64,000 nucleotides of DNA from the NCBI GenBank assembly GCA_963668675.2, contig CAXXMB010000002.1:1696001-1760000 (forward strand), read 5' to 3'. The first letter of the stretch is position 1; every line of letters starts with the position of its first letter. Shown piece by piece: positions 49,146 to 59,583 of the stretch. This DNA comes from an uncultured Desulfatitalea sp. Lineage in GTDB: Bacteria > Desulfobacterota > Desulfobacteria > Desulfobacterales > Desulfosarcinaceae. The notes beneath the pieces were generated by a model. That model did not search any database, was not told the DNA's origin, and worked only from the letters and a program-made list of their open reading frames with translations. The position numbers and the translations under genes are program-made.

Positions 49146-50624
49146 ATGAACGTTCTACTTGTTTATCCCAAGTTTCCAGATACGTTTTGGTCGTTTTCTT
49201 ATGCCTTGCGTTTCATCGGAAAAAAAGCGGCCTTCCCACCGCTTGGCCTGATCACTGTCGCGGCTTTGCTTCCTGAACAATTTCAAAAGCGTCTCGTCGA
49301 TTTAAACGTGGCGGGCCTGAGCGACGACGACCTTTTGTGGGCCGATATGGTCTTTATCAGCGCAATGGCGCTTCAACGCCAATCGGCTGTCGATATCATT
49401 GATCGCTGTAAGGGCCGGGGGTTGAAAATCGTTGCCGGCGGGCCGCTGTTTACCGCCGAACCGGACGCCTTCGAGCAGGTGGATCACCTGGTTTTGGATG
49501 AGGCCGAGCTTACCCTCCCGGCATTTATTGAGGACGTCAACGACGGATGCCCGCAAAGAATATACCGGGCAAAAGGGTATCCGGATTTGCACAAGACCCC
49601 CATTCCTTTATGGCACCTGATTCCAATACGTCGCTATGCATCTTTGAACATTCAGTATTCGCGGGGGTGCCCATTTAACTGTGAGTTTTGCAATATTACG
49701 ACACTATTCGGCAGGACGCCGCGTACGAAATCGCCGGAACAGATCCTCGCGGAGTTGGACGCAATTTATCAGACGGGTTGGCGCGGCAACATCTTTTTTG
49801 TGGACGACAATTTTATCGGCAACAAAAACGCACTTAAAAAGTATTTGCTTCCGGCCCTGATCGAATGGCGCAAGGATAAAAAAGGATGTGTCTTTTTCAC
49901 GGAAGCCTCCATCAACCTGGCCGATGACCCGGAACTCATGACCATGATGGCCCAGGCCGGGTTCGATTCCGTTTTTATCGGGATCGAATCGCCCGAGGAG
50001 AACAGCCTTGCTGAATGCCGCAAGGTGCACAATAAAAACAGGGACATGGTGCAGGATGTCAAAAAAATTCACCGGTCCGGGCTGCAAGTCATGGGCGGAT
50101 TTATCGTGGGGTTCGACAGCGACCCGCCCTCGATCTTTCAACGGCAAATCGATTTTATTCAGAAAAGCGGCATCGTAACTGCCATGGTCGGTCTGCTTCA
50201 GGCCCCACCGGGAACCCGCTTGTATGAACGTCTTGCGAGTGAACAACGCGTCTCCAAAGATTTTTCAGGTGATAATGTGGATGGCCGGACCAATATCATC
50301 CCGACCATGGGCCTGGAAAGCCTGATCAATGGATATCGTGCGATCATGAAACAGATCTATTCTCCACGTAGATACTACCAGCGGATTAGACGCATTTTAA
50401 GGGATCTCAAAGCACCGGTGGCGACGACGCCTGTGGATTTTCAACGGTTCCTCGCTTTTTTCCGCGCAGGCCTGAGGCTGGGGTTATTCGGAAAGGAAAG
50501 GTACCAATACTGGTATCTGTTAATGTGGACAATAACGCGAAGGCCCAGGCTGATGCCGTTGGCGGTGACCCTGGCAATCTACGGATACCACTACCGGAAA
50601 ATTTGCGACTTATACATTCTTTAA
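49146..50624 (+). CDS. B12-binding radical SAM protein (DUF4070 type)
   Basis: PPLGLITVAA, AGGP, SRGCPFNCEFC, FVDDNFIGN, FIGIESP, GFIVGFDSD. Confidence 0.93.
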   Translation: MNVLLVYPKFPDTFWSFSYALRFIGKKAAFPPLGLITVAALLPEQFQKRLVDLNVAGLSDDDLLWADMVFISAMALQRQSAVDIIDRCKGRGLKIVAGGPLFTAEPDAFEQVDHLVLDEAELTLPAFIEDVNDGCPQRIYRAKGYPDLHKTPIPLWHLIPIRRYASLNIQYSRGCPFNCEFCNITTLFGRTPRTKSPEQILAELDAIYQTGWRGNIFFVDDNFIGNKNALKKYLLPALIEWRKDKKGCVFFTEASINLADDPELMTMMAQAGFDSVFIGIESPEENSLAECRKVHNKNRDMVQDVKKIHRSGLQVMGGFIVGFDSDPPSIFQRQIDFIQKSGIVTAMVGLLQAPPGTRLYERLASEQRVSKDFSGDNVDGRTNIIPTMGLESLINGYRAIMKQIYSPRRYYQRIRRILRDLKAPVATTPVDFQRFLAFFRAGLRLGLFGKERYQYWYLLMWTITRRPRLMPLAVTLAIYGYHYRKICDLYIL

Positions 50625-50653
50625 GAAAATACATTTCTGAGAAAGTTGGAGAT

Positions 50654-51895
50654 ATGGGATATCGCAAGGATATTGCTGATAGAGAAGAGATCAAACTCGC
50701 TTCGAATCCAGCCGTGGACGTATTGAAGGCTTCCGAGGAGCGTTACCGCAGACTGTTCGAAACGGCCCAGGACGGCATTTTGATCATCGACGCCGATAGC
50801 GGACAGATCACCGACGTGAACCCATTTCTGGCGGACATGTTAGGTTATGTCCGCGAAGATTTTGTCGGCAAGTCGCTTTGGAGCTTCGGCCCGTTCAAAG
50901 ATATCCGGGCAAGCAAATCTGCTTTTCAGGAGTTAATCAGCAACGGCTATATCCGTTACGAGCATCTACCCCTGGAAACCAGAACTGGGCAGTGCATCGA
51001 GGTGGAGTTCATCAGCAATGTCTATCCGGTCGGCCAAAAGCGAACCATCCAATGCAATATCCGCGACTACTCACAACGCAAGCATGCGGAAGAGGCCAGT
51101 CTCATCATTGAAACACAGCTCAAACAGGCTCAAAAAATGGCCGCCGTCTCCACATTGGCTGGCGGGATTGCCCATCAGTTCAACAATGCCCTCACTGTCA
51201 TCACGGGCGGACTGGATTTGCTTGAAGCGAATGGATGTAGGCAAGACCCGGCCGGGTATGTTGATCACATGAAAAGCGCTACCGACCGAATGACCCGGAT
51301 TATCCGAGAGCTTTTGGCTTATGCCAGGGGCGGAAAATACAACATCGAAAAGATCTCCCTGAGCGATTTGGTAAAGGATAGCCTGCCATTGATCATGTCG
51401 GTCTTGAAGCCGTCCATCGCCATTGAAACCGAGCTGCCTTCAGGTTTGCCGGAAATATACGCCGACAGAAATCAGATGCAAATGGCGTTGCTTGCCATCT
51501 TGTCGAATGCATCGGAGGCAATCGACACACAGGGGCATATCCGGATCATCTGCCGCGAGGATGCAATGGACGAAGAAAGCGTTAAGGCTTTTGCCGGATT
51601 AGCGCCCGGCATCTATACCAGCTTGACGGTAGAGGATAACGGCGAGGGGATGAATGAGGAAACAGTCAGTCGGGTGTTTGAACCCTTTTTCACGACCCAT
51701 TTTCAAGGACGCGGGCTGGGTATGGCTGCGGTTTATGGAACCGTGAAGAACCACGACGGCTGGATCTCCGTAAAATCGCAAGAAAATCAGGGAACAGTGG
51801 TGTGCATCTATTTGCCTGCTGCTGATACGAAGGTAGAGATCGCAATTCAGTCTCAAGTACCGATCCTAATCGCCCAGCAGGGCTCATCTTTCTAG
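50654..51895 (+). CDS. PAS-domain histidine kinase
   Basis: RYRRLFETAQDGILI PAS; GIAHQFNN, NASEA, DNGEG, FEPFFTT, GLG. Confidence 0.92.
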   Translation: MGYRKDIADREEIKLASNPAVDVLKASEERYRRLFETAQDGILIIDADSGQITDVNPFLADMLGYVREDFVGKSLWSFGPFKDIRASKSAFQELISNGYIRYEHLPLETRTGQCIEVEFISNVYPVGQKRTIQCNIRDYSQRKHAEEASLIIETQLKQAQKMAAVSTLAGGIAHQFNNALTVITGGLDLLEANGCRQDPAGYVDHMKSATDRMTRIIRELLAYARGGKYNIEKISLSDLVKDSLPLIMSVLKPSIAIETELPSGLPEIYADRNQMQMALLAILSNASEAIDTQGHIRIICREDAMDEESVKAFAGLAPGIYTSLTVEDNGEGMNEETVSRVFEPFFTTHFQGRGLGMAAVYGTVKNHDGWISVKSQENQGTVVCIYLPAADTKVEIAIQSQVPILIAQQGSSF

Positions 51896-52158
51896 CTGAA
51901 GATACCACATCCCCATGTGCCTCATTGTGTTGCGTTGATCTGAAGCGGCCCAAATTCTACCATGTTAAGCTGAGAATCGCCGAGGCGCTACAGGGAAAGC
52001 GCATCATTCTGCTACCGGTGTCGGAGGGGGGGGGATGAATCTCACAAGACCACCGACATCAACCGGCTGATTGAAACAATGGGCGTTAAAGCGCTGTCCG
52101 ATGCGAAATGACGGCAGTGGTAAGGGGAAAAATCTAAATAACAGTGAAGGGAGACACC

Positions 52159-52461
52159 ATGACCACAAACCTGAAATCCAAGAATATCGAGGAAATTTTA
52201 TCCGAGGCCGATGAACTTATTCGGCAGATCAAGTCCGATGCCAGCAAAGATATCGAAGAACAGCATCGCGTGCAGATTGAAAAACACGCGCAACACTTAA
52301 AAAAGATCAAGTCCGAGGTTCAAGCCAAGCTCAAGGGAAAAGAAAAATTCAAATTTAGCGACAGCGCCGAGGGAATGCACGAGGCATTCCAGGATATTAC
52401 AAAGGCCATGGGGCAGTTGAAGAAATATCTCTCCGGAGATCGACCAGACGATGTTGAATAA
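52159..52461 (+). CDS. Hypothetical coiled-coil protein
   Basis: GGGAG RBS, charged helical 100-aa ORF. Confidence 0.7.
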   Translation: MTTNLKSKNIEEILSEADELIRQIKSDASKDIEEQHRVQIEKHAQHLKKIKSEVQAKLKGKEKFKFSDSAEGMHEAFQDITKAMGQLKKYLSGDRPDDVE

Positions 52462-52574
52462 AGGACTCATTAAAAAAGACCCGGCTCTAAAGCAGCGCGT
52501 CGGAAAGGACGTATTGACATGCCGCACGTGTAAAAGGGCATGGGACGTCATCGCAGAAAAACAGGAAAATAAAA

Positions 52575-54533
52575 ATGGCAGACAATGGAAATAAAGAACC
52601 AATGGGAAATTTGACGGATAAGCTTCGATCCCTCTTCAGCTCAAGCAGCCATCCGAAAAATGAGACGGGGTTGCCACCGAAAACGCGTTTCAGCATCTGG
52701 TATTTCGTGATCGCCATGATATTTTTTTCTTACCTGCAGCAAAACTATTTTTCTGCAAAAGTGGAGACGATTTCATATAGTCAATTTAAGAAGCACGTCT
52801 CCGAAGGAATCGTGGATAAATTGGTCATCGGCCCTGAGAATATCAAAGGAACACTCACAGGATCGTCAGTGCAGGAGTTTACCACCGTCCGCGTGAATGA
52901 TCCCGACCTGGTGAGGGAACTGGATGAACGCAACGTCAGCTATTCCGGACGATATGAAAATCGATTTCTGGGCAGTCTTCTCTCCTGGATTCTGCCACTT
53001 GCCTTCTTTTTCCTGATCTGGCGATTTGCCATGAAAAAAATGGGTCCGGGGATGGGGGTCATGTCTTTCAGCAAGAGCAAGGCCAAAATTTTTGCGGAGA
53101 GTGATACCCAGGTCTCCTTCGCCGATGTGGCCGGCATCGATGAGGCCAGAGAGGAGCTCCAGGAAGTGGTTGAATTTTTGATCACGCCGGAAAAATTTCA
53201 AAAGTTGGGGGGCAGGATTCCCAAAGGGGTGCTGCTGGTTGGCCCGCCGGGCACCGGCAAAACCCTTCTCGCCAGGGCAGTGGCCGGGGAGGCCAAAGTG
53301 CCTTTCTTCAGTATAAGCGGGTCCGAGTTTGTGGAGATGTTCGTCGGCGTGGGAGCAGCGCGCGTTCGCGACCTTTTCTCCCAGGCTGCGGCGCAGGCGC
53401 CCTGTATCATATTTATCGACGAACTGGATGCATTAGGCAAGGCTCGAGGGATGAATGTAATGGGTGGGCATGACGAACGCGAGCAAACGCTAAACCAGCT
53501 CCTGGTTGAAATGGATGGGTTCGAAACGAATAAAGGGGTTATCATCATGGCCGCTACCAACCGGCCTGAAATTCTGGATCCCGCATTGCTGCGCCCAGGT
53601 CGACTGGACCGGCAAGTCTTAGTCGACCGCCCGGATATCAATGGCCGCGAAGCCATTCTGACGATCCATTCCAAAGATGTACTGTTGGGACCTGAAGTCG
53701 ATTTGCGCAAAATCGCCGGCCGCACCCCGGGCTTTGTGGGCGCAGACTTGGCGAACATCATCAACGAAGCTGCGTTGCTGGCTGCCCGAAACGATAAGGA
53801 AATAGTAGAATTGTCGGATTTCGACGAGGCCATCGACCGTGTGGTTGCGGGTTTGCAGAAAAAGAACCGCGTGATGAATGCCCAGGAGAAGAAAATCGTC
53901 GCTTTTCATGAGGCGGGACATGCGATTGTGGCCGAGTCTGTCGAGCATGCCGACCCCGTGCATAAGATCTCCATTATCCCCCGTGGGATTGCGGCGCTGG
54001 GATATACCCAGCAGCAACCCACTGAGGATCGCTATTTGATGACGCGCTCGGAGCTGCTGGACCGACTGGCTGTTCTGCTCGGTGGCAGGGTGGCCGAGGA
54101 ACTGGTTTTCGAGGAAATCTCCACCGGCGCCCAGAACGACCTGCAGAGGGCTTCGGATATTGTCCGGTCCATGGTCACGGAATATGGCATGAGCGATCGC
54201 CTGGGACTGGTGAGCTATGAGCGCCCACGCCAAGCGCTTTTTCTGCCGGAAAGTTTTTCTCCGCCCAAAAATTACAGTGAAGCCAAAGCCGCCCAGATAG
54301 ACGAAGAGGTCGCCCGCTTTGTCGAGGAAGCCCATCAGCGCGTGAGAAAAATCCTCTCTGAGCGGCGCACCGTTCTTGATGATTTGGCCCATCTCCTTTC
54401 TGAAAAGGAGAGTGTGCAGGGAGAAGAGCTTAGAGAAATGTTGTCGGCAGCAACACCTGGAGAGGAAACATTGCCGCCCGAACAGTCATTCGCACACATT
54501 GCCGAAGAAAAGGATATGACCAAGGCCAACTGA
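52575..54533 (+). CDS. ftsH: ATP-dependent zinc metalloprotease FtsH (probable accessory paralog)
   Basis: Two TMs, [38 protein letters not shown]. Confidence 0.97.
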   Translation: MADNGNKEPMGNLTDKLRSLFSSSSHPKNETGLPPKTRFSIWYFVIAMIFFSYLQQNYFSAKVETISYSQFKKHVSEGIVDKLVIGPENIKGTLTGSSVQEFTTVRVNDPDLVRELDERNVSYSGRYENRFLGSLLSWILPLAFFFLIWRFAMKKMGPGMGVMSFSKSKAKIFAESDTQVSFADVAGIDEAREELQEVVEFLITPEKFQKLGGRIPKGVLLVGPPGTGKTLLARAVAGEAKVPFFSISGSEFVEMFVGVGAARVRDLFSQAAAQAPCIIFIDELDALGKARGMNVMGGHDEREQTLNQLLVEMDGFETNKGVIIMAATNRPEILDPALLRPGRLDRQVLVDRPDINGREAILTIHSKDVLLGPEVDLRKIAGRTPGFVGADLANIINEAALLAARNDKEIVELSDFDEAIDRVVAGLQKKNRVMNAQEKKIVAFHEAGHAIVAESVEHADPVHKISIIPRGIAALGYTQQQPTEDRYLMTRSELLDRLAVLLGGRVAEELVFEEISTGAQNDLQRASDIVRSMVTEYGMSDRLGLVSYERPRQALFLPESFSPPKNYSEAKAAQIDEEVARFVEEAHQRVRKILSERRTVLDDLAHLLSEKESVQGEELREMLSAATPGEETLPPEQSFAHIAEEKDMTKAN

Positions 54534-54559
54534 ATACTGAGAAAAAGGACAACCTTGCA

Positions 54560-55780
54560 GTGACCCGCACTCATCTCAACAATCAGTTTACGCTGTTGCA
54601 AAACGGCGAAGAATATTTTCCGGCGATTGAAGCGGCGTTGGATCGGGCGGCCAATGAAATTTATTTGGAAAGCTATATTTTCGAAAATGACAATACCGGC
54701 CGTCGCATTGTGGAAGCGCTCAGACGGGCAGCATTGCGTGGGGTAAACACCCATGTGCTGATCGACGGATTCGGTTCAAGCAGGTTTCCGAAAAGCATGA
54801 TCGATTACCTTGAAGCGACTGGCGTAAAGGTAATGAAATTCCGGCCCAAGATATCGCCCTGGACGATGCGGCGCCTGCGGCTGCGCCGCTTGCACCGGAA
54901 AATTGTGGTCGTGGATCAAGCGACTGCCTTCGTCGGTGGCATTAATATCATCGATGATAAGGACGGTCCTGATAAACTATCGATGCGTTATGACTTCGCT
55001 GTAATGGTTGAAGGACCGCTTGCACAAGAAATTCGGAATTCGACCGCCCAGGTCTGGACCCGCGTGGTCTGGACCCGCTTGCGCCGTTACTGGAGACCGA
55101 ACAGCGAGAGACCAACGCATTCAAGCGAATCCAACAGGCACACGCGCTCAGCTTTCCTGGTAAGGGATAATATCCGCCATCGCCGCGATATTGAAAATGC
55201 CTATCTGCAGGCGATTGAACAGGCCCAATTTGAAACCATTCTTGCGAACGCCTATTTTTTACCTGGATTGAATTTGCGGCATGCGCTTGTGAATGCCGCC
55301 GGGCGAGGTGTCCGGGTGGTTTTGCTCCTGCAAGGCAGGGTGGATCACCCATTGCTGTACTATGCCTCGCGCGCCTTATATGGCAGTTTTCTCGATGCCG
55401 GCATTGAAATCCATGAATACCACAAGAGTCTTATGCACGCCAAAGTTGCTGTGATCGATGAACACTGGGCGACGGTGGGGTCCTCAAATCTTGATCCTTT
55501 CAGCCTGCTGCTTTCTCTCGAAGCCAATGTCGTTGTTGACGATGAAAATTTTGCCACCGAATTAAAGCAATGCCTGAACCTGGCCATCAAGATAGGGACG
55601 GAGCGCATATTTGCGGACAACTGGAAAGCGCAGGCCATCGGGCTGCGTCTGGGGAGCTGGCTGTGCTATGGTTTGGTGCGATTCATGACAGGAATCGCCG
55701 GCTATGCCCCTGGCAGAGCATCCGGCCATGGGCAATCAAACGGTCGGGAAGAGGAAACGCTTTCAAGCAACCGGAAATGA
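54560..55780 (+). CDS. clsB: Cardiolipin synthase B
   Basis: LLQNGEEYFP, two HKD motifs HRKIVVVD and HAKVAVID, no N-terminal TM. Confidence 0.9.
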   Translation: MTRTHLNNQFTLLQNGEEYFPAIEAALDRAANEIYLESYIFENDNTGRRIVEALRRAALRGVNTHVLIDGFGSSRFPKSMIDYLEATGVKVMKFRPKISPWTMRRLRLRRLHRKIVVVDQATAFVGGINIIDDKDGPDKLSMRYDFAVMVEGPLAQEIRNSTAQVWTRVVWTRLRRYWRPNSERPTHSSESNRHTRSAFLVRDNIRHRRDIENAYLQAIEQAQFETILANAYFLPGLNLRHALVNAAGRGVRVVLLLQGRVDHPLLYYASRALYGSFLDAGIEIHEYHKSLMHAKVAVIDEHWATVGSSNLDPFSLLLSLEANVVVDDENFATELKQCLNLAIKIGTERIFADNWKAQAIGLRLGSWLCYGLVRFMTGIAGYAPGRASGHGQSNGREEETLSSNRK

Positions 55781-55805
55781 ATCATATCCCTATCCACCTC
55801 GTAAA

Positions 55806-55955
55806 ATGTCGGAAAACGGCATTCCCATTGAATGGGTGCGGTTGATGAAAGAAACCATTAAGAGCACCGCAGCTGGTTTCTCCGCGCGTCGCATGGTCAA
55901 GCAATACATTGAAAAGTTCTATTCCAGCAGTATTGAAAAGACGCTGGAAGTGTAG
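55806..55955 (+). pseudogene. C-terminal remnant of alpha-glucan (glycogen) phosphorylase
   Basis: GIPIEWVRLMKETI..FSARRMVKQYIEKFY matches the GlgP C-terminal pattern. Confidence 0.7.
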
Positions 55956-55991
55956 TGACTCATAAAAACACCTAAAAGGGAGGTTGTTTAA

Positions 55992-56456
55992 ATGAAAAAA
56001 GCACTGTTTGAAAAAGGATTGTTGATAATAATACTGCTGGCACTGGTAGCCGTGCAGGGTTGCGGTGAGAAGGAAAAACCCCAGAGCAAGGCCGCAGCCA
56101 TGTCCAAGGAGGACGTCAAGAAGGAAGTCAAGGAAGCTTATGAGGCAACCAAAGCTTACACCCAGGAGCAGATGCAGGCCTTTCGACAGGAAACGGAAAC
56201 CAAACTCGATGAATACAAGAAGGACATAGATCAACTGCAGGCAAAGGCGGAAACGCTGGAAGGGGAAGCGAAGGCGAAAGCCGAACAACAACTGACAGCG
56301 TTGCGTCAAAAAAGAGATGAGGTGTCTGAAAAGCTCAAGAATCTGAGTTCTTCCGGCGGTAATGCGTGGGAGGAAATAAAGTCCGGTATCGATGCGGCCA
56401 TGCAAGAGTTGGGCGACGCTTACCAAAAGGCTGCGGCCGAGTTCAGCAAAAATTGA
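55992..56456 (+). CDS. Coiled-coil lipoprotein
   Basis: Lipobox VQGC; charged helices ending AWEEIKSGIDAA; GGGAGG RBS. Confidence 0.8.
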   Translation: MKKALFEKGLLIIILLALVAVQGCGEKEKPQSKAAAMSKEDVKKEVKEAYEATKAYTQEQMQAFRQETETKLDEYKKDIDQLQAKAETLEGEAKAKAEQQLTALRQKRDEVSEKLKNLSSSGGNAWEEIKSGIDAAMQELGDAYQKAAAEFSKN

Positions 56457-56507
56457 GGCGGAACTTGGCCTCTTTAATAGCCGCTTTAATAACAAAGGAA
56501 GTGCCTT

Positions 56508-57449
56508 ATGAGCAAAAAAGACGAGTACAAAAAAAAGATAGAGGCCGAGGTGGAATTGGTGCAGGCCAAATTGGCTGAATGGAAGGCCAATGTAAAGAAT
56601 ACCGCCGAAGACGCTCGGATCAAATATGCCAAGCAGGTGGACGAGCTTGAGCAGAAGATGGAAACCACGAAGGCCAGGCTGAAGGAACTTGGCGAGGGCG
56701 GCGAGGATGCTTGGGAACGACTTAAGGACGGTGTTGAGGGTGCTTGGGATGCCTTAAGCGCTGCCGTTCGAGGTATGCGTCAACCAACCGCCAATGAAAC
56801 GCAGGACGATATCAAACTTAGAGGCACAGGCAATTCCCCGGCTGAGCAGGCAGCGTCGCCCCATGTCCTACCACCTCTGCCGTATGCCGAGAACGCATTG
56901 GAGCCTGTCATTAGCGCCCGCACGATCGGTTTTCATTTCGGGAAGCATCACAAGGGCTATGTGGATAATCTGAATAAGCTTGTCGCAGGAACGGAATATG
57001 CCGACCTGTCATTGGAGAAGATTATCAGCATTACCACAGGACGAACCGAAAAAGCTGCGATCTTTAACAACGCGGCGCAAATCTGGAACCACACGTTCTA
57101 CTGGAAAAGCATGAGATCCAAGGGTGGCGGCGCACCGCCAGCTGCACTTAAGAAAAAAATGGAGTCTTCCTTCGGCAGCGTGGACGCCTGCAAGCAAGAG
57201 ATCGTCGCCGCAGCCGTTTCACAGTTCGGCAGCGGTTGGGCTTGGCTCGTCCTTGATGGAGACAGGATTAAGGTCGTAAAGACCGCCAACGCCGATGTCC
57301 CTTTGACCAAAGGTCTGAAACCACTACTGGCCTTGGACGTATGGGAGCATGCATATTACCTGGATTATCAGAATCGCCGCTCCGATTATGTCAATGCCGT
57401 TCTCGACAAGCTGATCAACTGGGAATTTGCCTTGCACAACACCGGCTAA
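56508..57449 (+). CDS. sodB: Fe-type superoxide dismutase with N-terminal coiled-coil domain
   Basis: [39 protein letters not shown]; about 115-aa N-terminal extension. Confidence 0.9.
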   Translation: MSKKDEYKKKIEAEVELVQAKLAEWKANVKNTAEDARIKYAKQVDELEQKMETTKARLKELGEGGEDAWERLKDGVEGAWDALSAAVRGMRQPTANETQDDIKLRGTGNSPAEQAASPHVLPPLPYAENALEPVISARTIGFHFGKHHKGYVDNLNKLVAGTEYADLSLEKIISITTGRTEKAAIFNNAAQIWNHTFYWKSMRSKGGGAPPAALKKKMESSFGSVDACKQEIVAAAVSQFGSGWAWLVLDGDRIKVVKTANADVPLTKGLKPLLALDVWEHAYYLDYQNRRSDYVNAVLDKLINWEFALHNTG

Positions 57450-57493
57450 TGGCAGCAACATTAAGGTCGGCTTTAACAAAGGAGATAAGCAAC

Positions 57494-57703
57494 ATGGCCA
57501 AACACGATGAAGGGATGAATGAAAAGAATATGAGTGCCAGATCCAAAGCCGAATTTTTTAGATATGCCGGTATTGGATCGGAGCTTGCCAATTTCCTGAC
57601 TGAATTTTTCGAACAACCCGATATTATATTTTCGATTCCTAATGAAAGACGCCTCGAACTTGAACTTCAGATGGATGCGATTCTATGTTCGTTTGAACAA
57701 TGA
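57494..57703 (+). CDS. Small hypothetical protein
   Basis: AAGGAG RBS, 69 aa. Confidence 0.5.
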   Translation: MAKHDEGMNEKNMSARSKAEFFRYAGIGSELANFLTEFFEQPDIIFSIPNERRLELELQMDAILCSFEQ

Positions 57704-57893
57704 TGAACGCTGCACTCAAATCGATCCTTGCCCGAAGACAGACCTGACTCCTTTTCCAAATAAGCTATCGATTTAAGACAAATGGAAACACCATGCAATC
57801 GATCACCAACGACGACACAACAGACACGGTCCATCGAGTGAAAAAAGGCGCAAAGATTGAAATCATCAAAAGAGAGAAAAGGAGAGGGTTTTA

Positions 57894-59375
57894 ATGGTAA
57901 CGCAGTCAGTCGCAAGACGAAATGGTGCCCTGGAACAGATCGCCCACAGGGCTATGCTGGATTATGGCTTGTTGCCCGATTTCTCGGCGGATGTCGTTGA
58001 CGAATTGGAGGCGGTGCAGATAGAGAATCAGAATCATGCGGCTGAATTTGTCGGGTTAGACCTTCGTCACCTGTTATGGGTATCCATCGACAATCATGAT
58101 TCCCTGGATCTGGACCAACTGACCGTGGCGGAAGCGCTTACGGACACGAAGGTGAAAGTTTTGGTGGCTGTCGCCGACGTGGCTGACCTCGTCAAAAAGA
58201 ACTCGGCCATCGATGCCCATGCCCGCTACAACACGACCTCGGTCTACACCGCCGGCGGGATCTTTCCCATGCTGCCGGAGAAACTCTCAACGGATCTCAC
58301 CTCGCTCAATTATCATGAAGACCGCCCGGCCATGATCATCGAAATGGTGATCGACGACGGGGGTGTAATGCAAGGCGCGACCATCTATCGCGCCCGGGTA
58401 CGCAACCAGGCCAAACTCGCCTATAACAGTGTGGCGGCCTGGCTGGAAGGCAAGGGCCCCATGCCGGCGGCCGTGGCGGCGGTGCCGGGGCTGAACAAGA
58501 ATCTCCGGCTCCAGGACAGGGTTGCCCAGCAGTTAAAAGCCCTGCGGCATGAGCATGGGGCCTTGGATCTGCAGACACTGGAAGCCCGCCCCGTCTTTGC
58601 CGGAGACGAGATTCAGGATCTGCGAGCAGACGAACGCAACCGGGCCAAGGAGATCATCGAGGATTTTATGATTGCGGCCAACGGGGTGACCGCTCGTCTC
58701 CTGCACACGAAGAAGGTCGCCTCCCTGAGACGCATGGTCCGCTCTCCCAAGCGTTGGGACCGGATCGTCGAGGTCGCCGCCCAAAACGATTTCAAACTTC
58801 CCGCCCATCCGGATTCCAAGTCGCTCGAAGGGTTCCTGGCCGCGCAGAAAGCCGCCGATCCGCTCCGCTTTCCCGACCTGTCGCTGGCCGTCATCAAACT
58901 GCTCGGGCCGGGCGAGTATGTCGTCGAAGACCCGGACGATGCGGCCCCCGGCCACTTCGGCCTGGCCGTCAAGGACTATACGCACTCAACAGCTCCCAAC
59001 CGGCGGTTTCCGGATCTGATCACCCAGCGTATCCTGAAGGCCGCAATTGAGGGATACAGCCTGCCCTACAGCCGGGACGAATTGACGGATCTGGCCCGCC
59101 ACTGCACGCAGAAGGAAAATGATGCCAACAAGGTGGAGCGACGGGTGACCAAATCGGCTGCGGCCATGCTGCTCTCCTCGAGAATCGGAGACCGGTTTGA
59201 CGCCATCTGCACGGGTGCAGCCCAAAAAGGTACCTGGGTTCGCATGTTGCAACCACCTGTCGAGGGCCGCTTGCTCTATGGCTTCGAAGGCGTCGATGTG
59301 GGCCAGCGGCTCAAGGTGCAACTGATCCACACGGATGTGCAGAAGGGGTATATCGATTTTAAAAAAACCAAATGA
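57894..59375 (+). CDS. RNB-domain exoribonuclease (short RNase II/R family)
   Basis: SIDNHDSLDLD, TSVY, PMLP, IEDFMIAAN, HFGLA..YTHSTAPNRRFPDL, C-terminal S1-like domain. Confidence 0.92.
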   Translation: MVTQSVARRNGALEQIAHRAMLDYGLLPDFSADVVDELEAVQIENQNHAAEFVGLDLRHLLWVSIDNHDSLDLDQLTVAEALTDTKVKVLVAVADVADLVKKNSAIDAHARYNTTSVYTAGGIFPMLPEKLSTDLTSLNYHEDRPAMIIEMVIDDGGVMQGATIYRARVRNQAKLAYNSVAAWLEGKGPMPAAVAAVPGLNKNLRLQDRVAQQLKALRHEHGALDLQTLEARPVFAGDEIQDLRADERNRAKEIIEDFMIAANGVTARLLHTKKVASLRRMVRSPKRWDRIVEVAAQNDFKLPAHPDSKSLEGFLAAQKAADPLRFPDLSLAVIKLLGPGEYVVEDPDDAAPGHFGLAVKDYTHSTAPNRRFPDLITQRILKAAIEGYSLPYSRDELTDLARHCTQKENDANKVERRVTKSAAAMLLSSRIGDRFDAICTGAAQKGTWVRMLQPPVEGRLLYGFEGVDVGQRLKVQLIHTDVQKGYIDFKKTK

Positions 59376-59583
59376 ATCCTGCGAATAGCGCCATGGGGGA
59401 TGAATTGACGATGCTGCCGCATATCACCATTGGCCTCACGGCCGTCAGCCGGTTGTGGGCCATCTCTTTCTGTCTCACGCGGGAATCCGTAAAAAACGGT
59501 CTCGAGTTCGATGCTACCAAACCGATCAGCCGGGAGTACGAAGCGTTTCTGCTCAAATCAAACCACTAAGAAAGGACTTAACC

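Noticed and set aside
51950..52111. G9 tract (52026-52034) within a short frame, possible phase variation
   Set aside because: No identifiable gene on either side of the tract
59372..59569. 65-aa ORF between the RNB and OYE genes
   Set aside because: No recognisable motif; coding status unsupported
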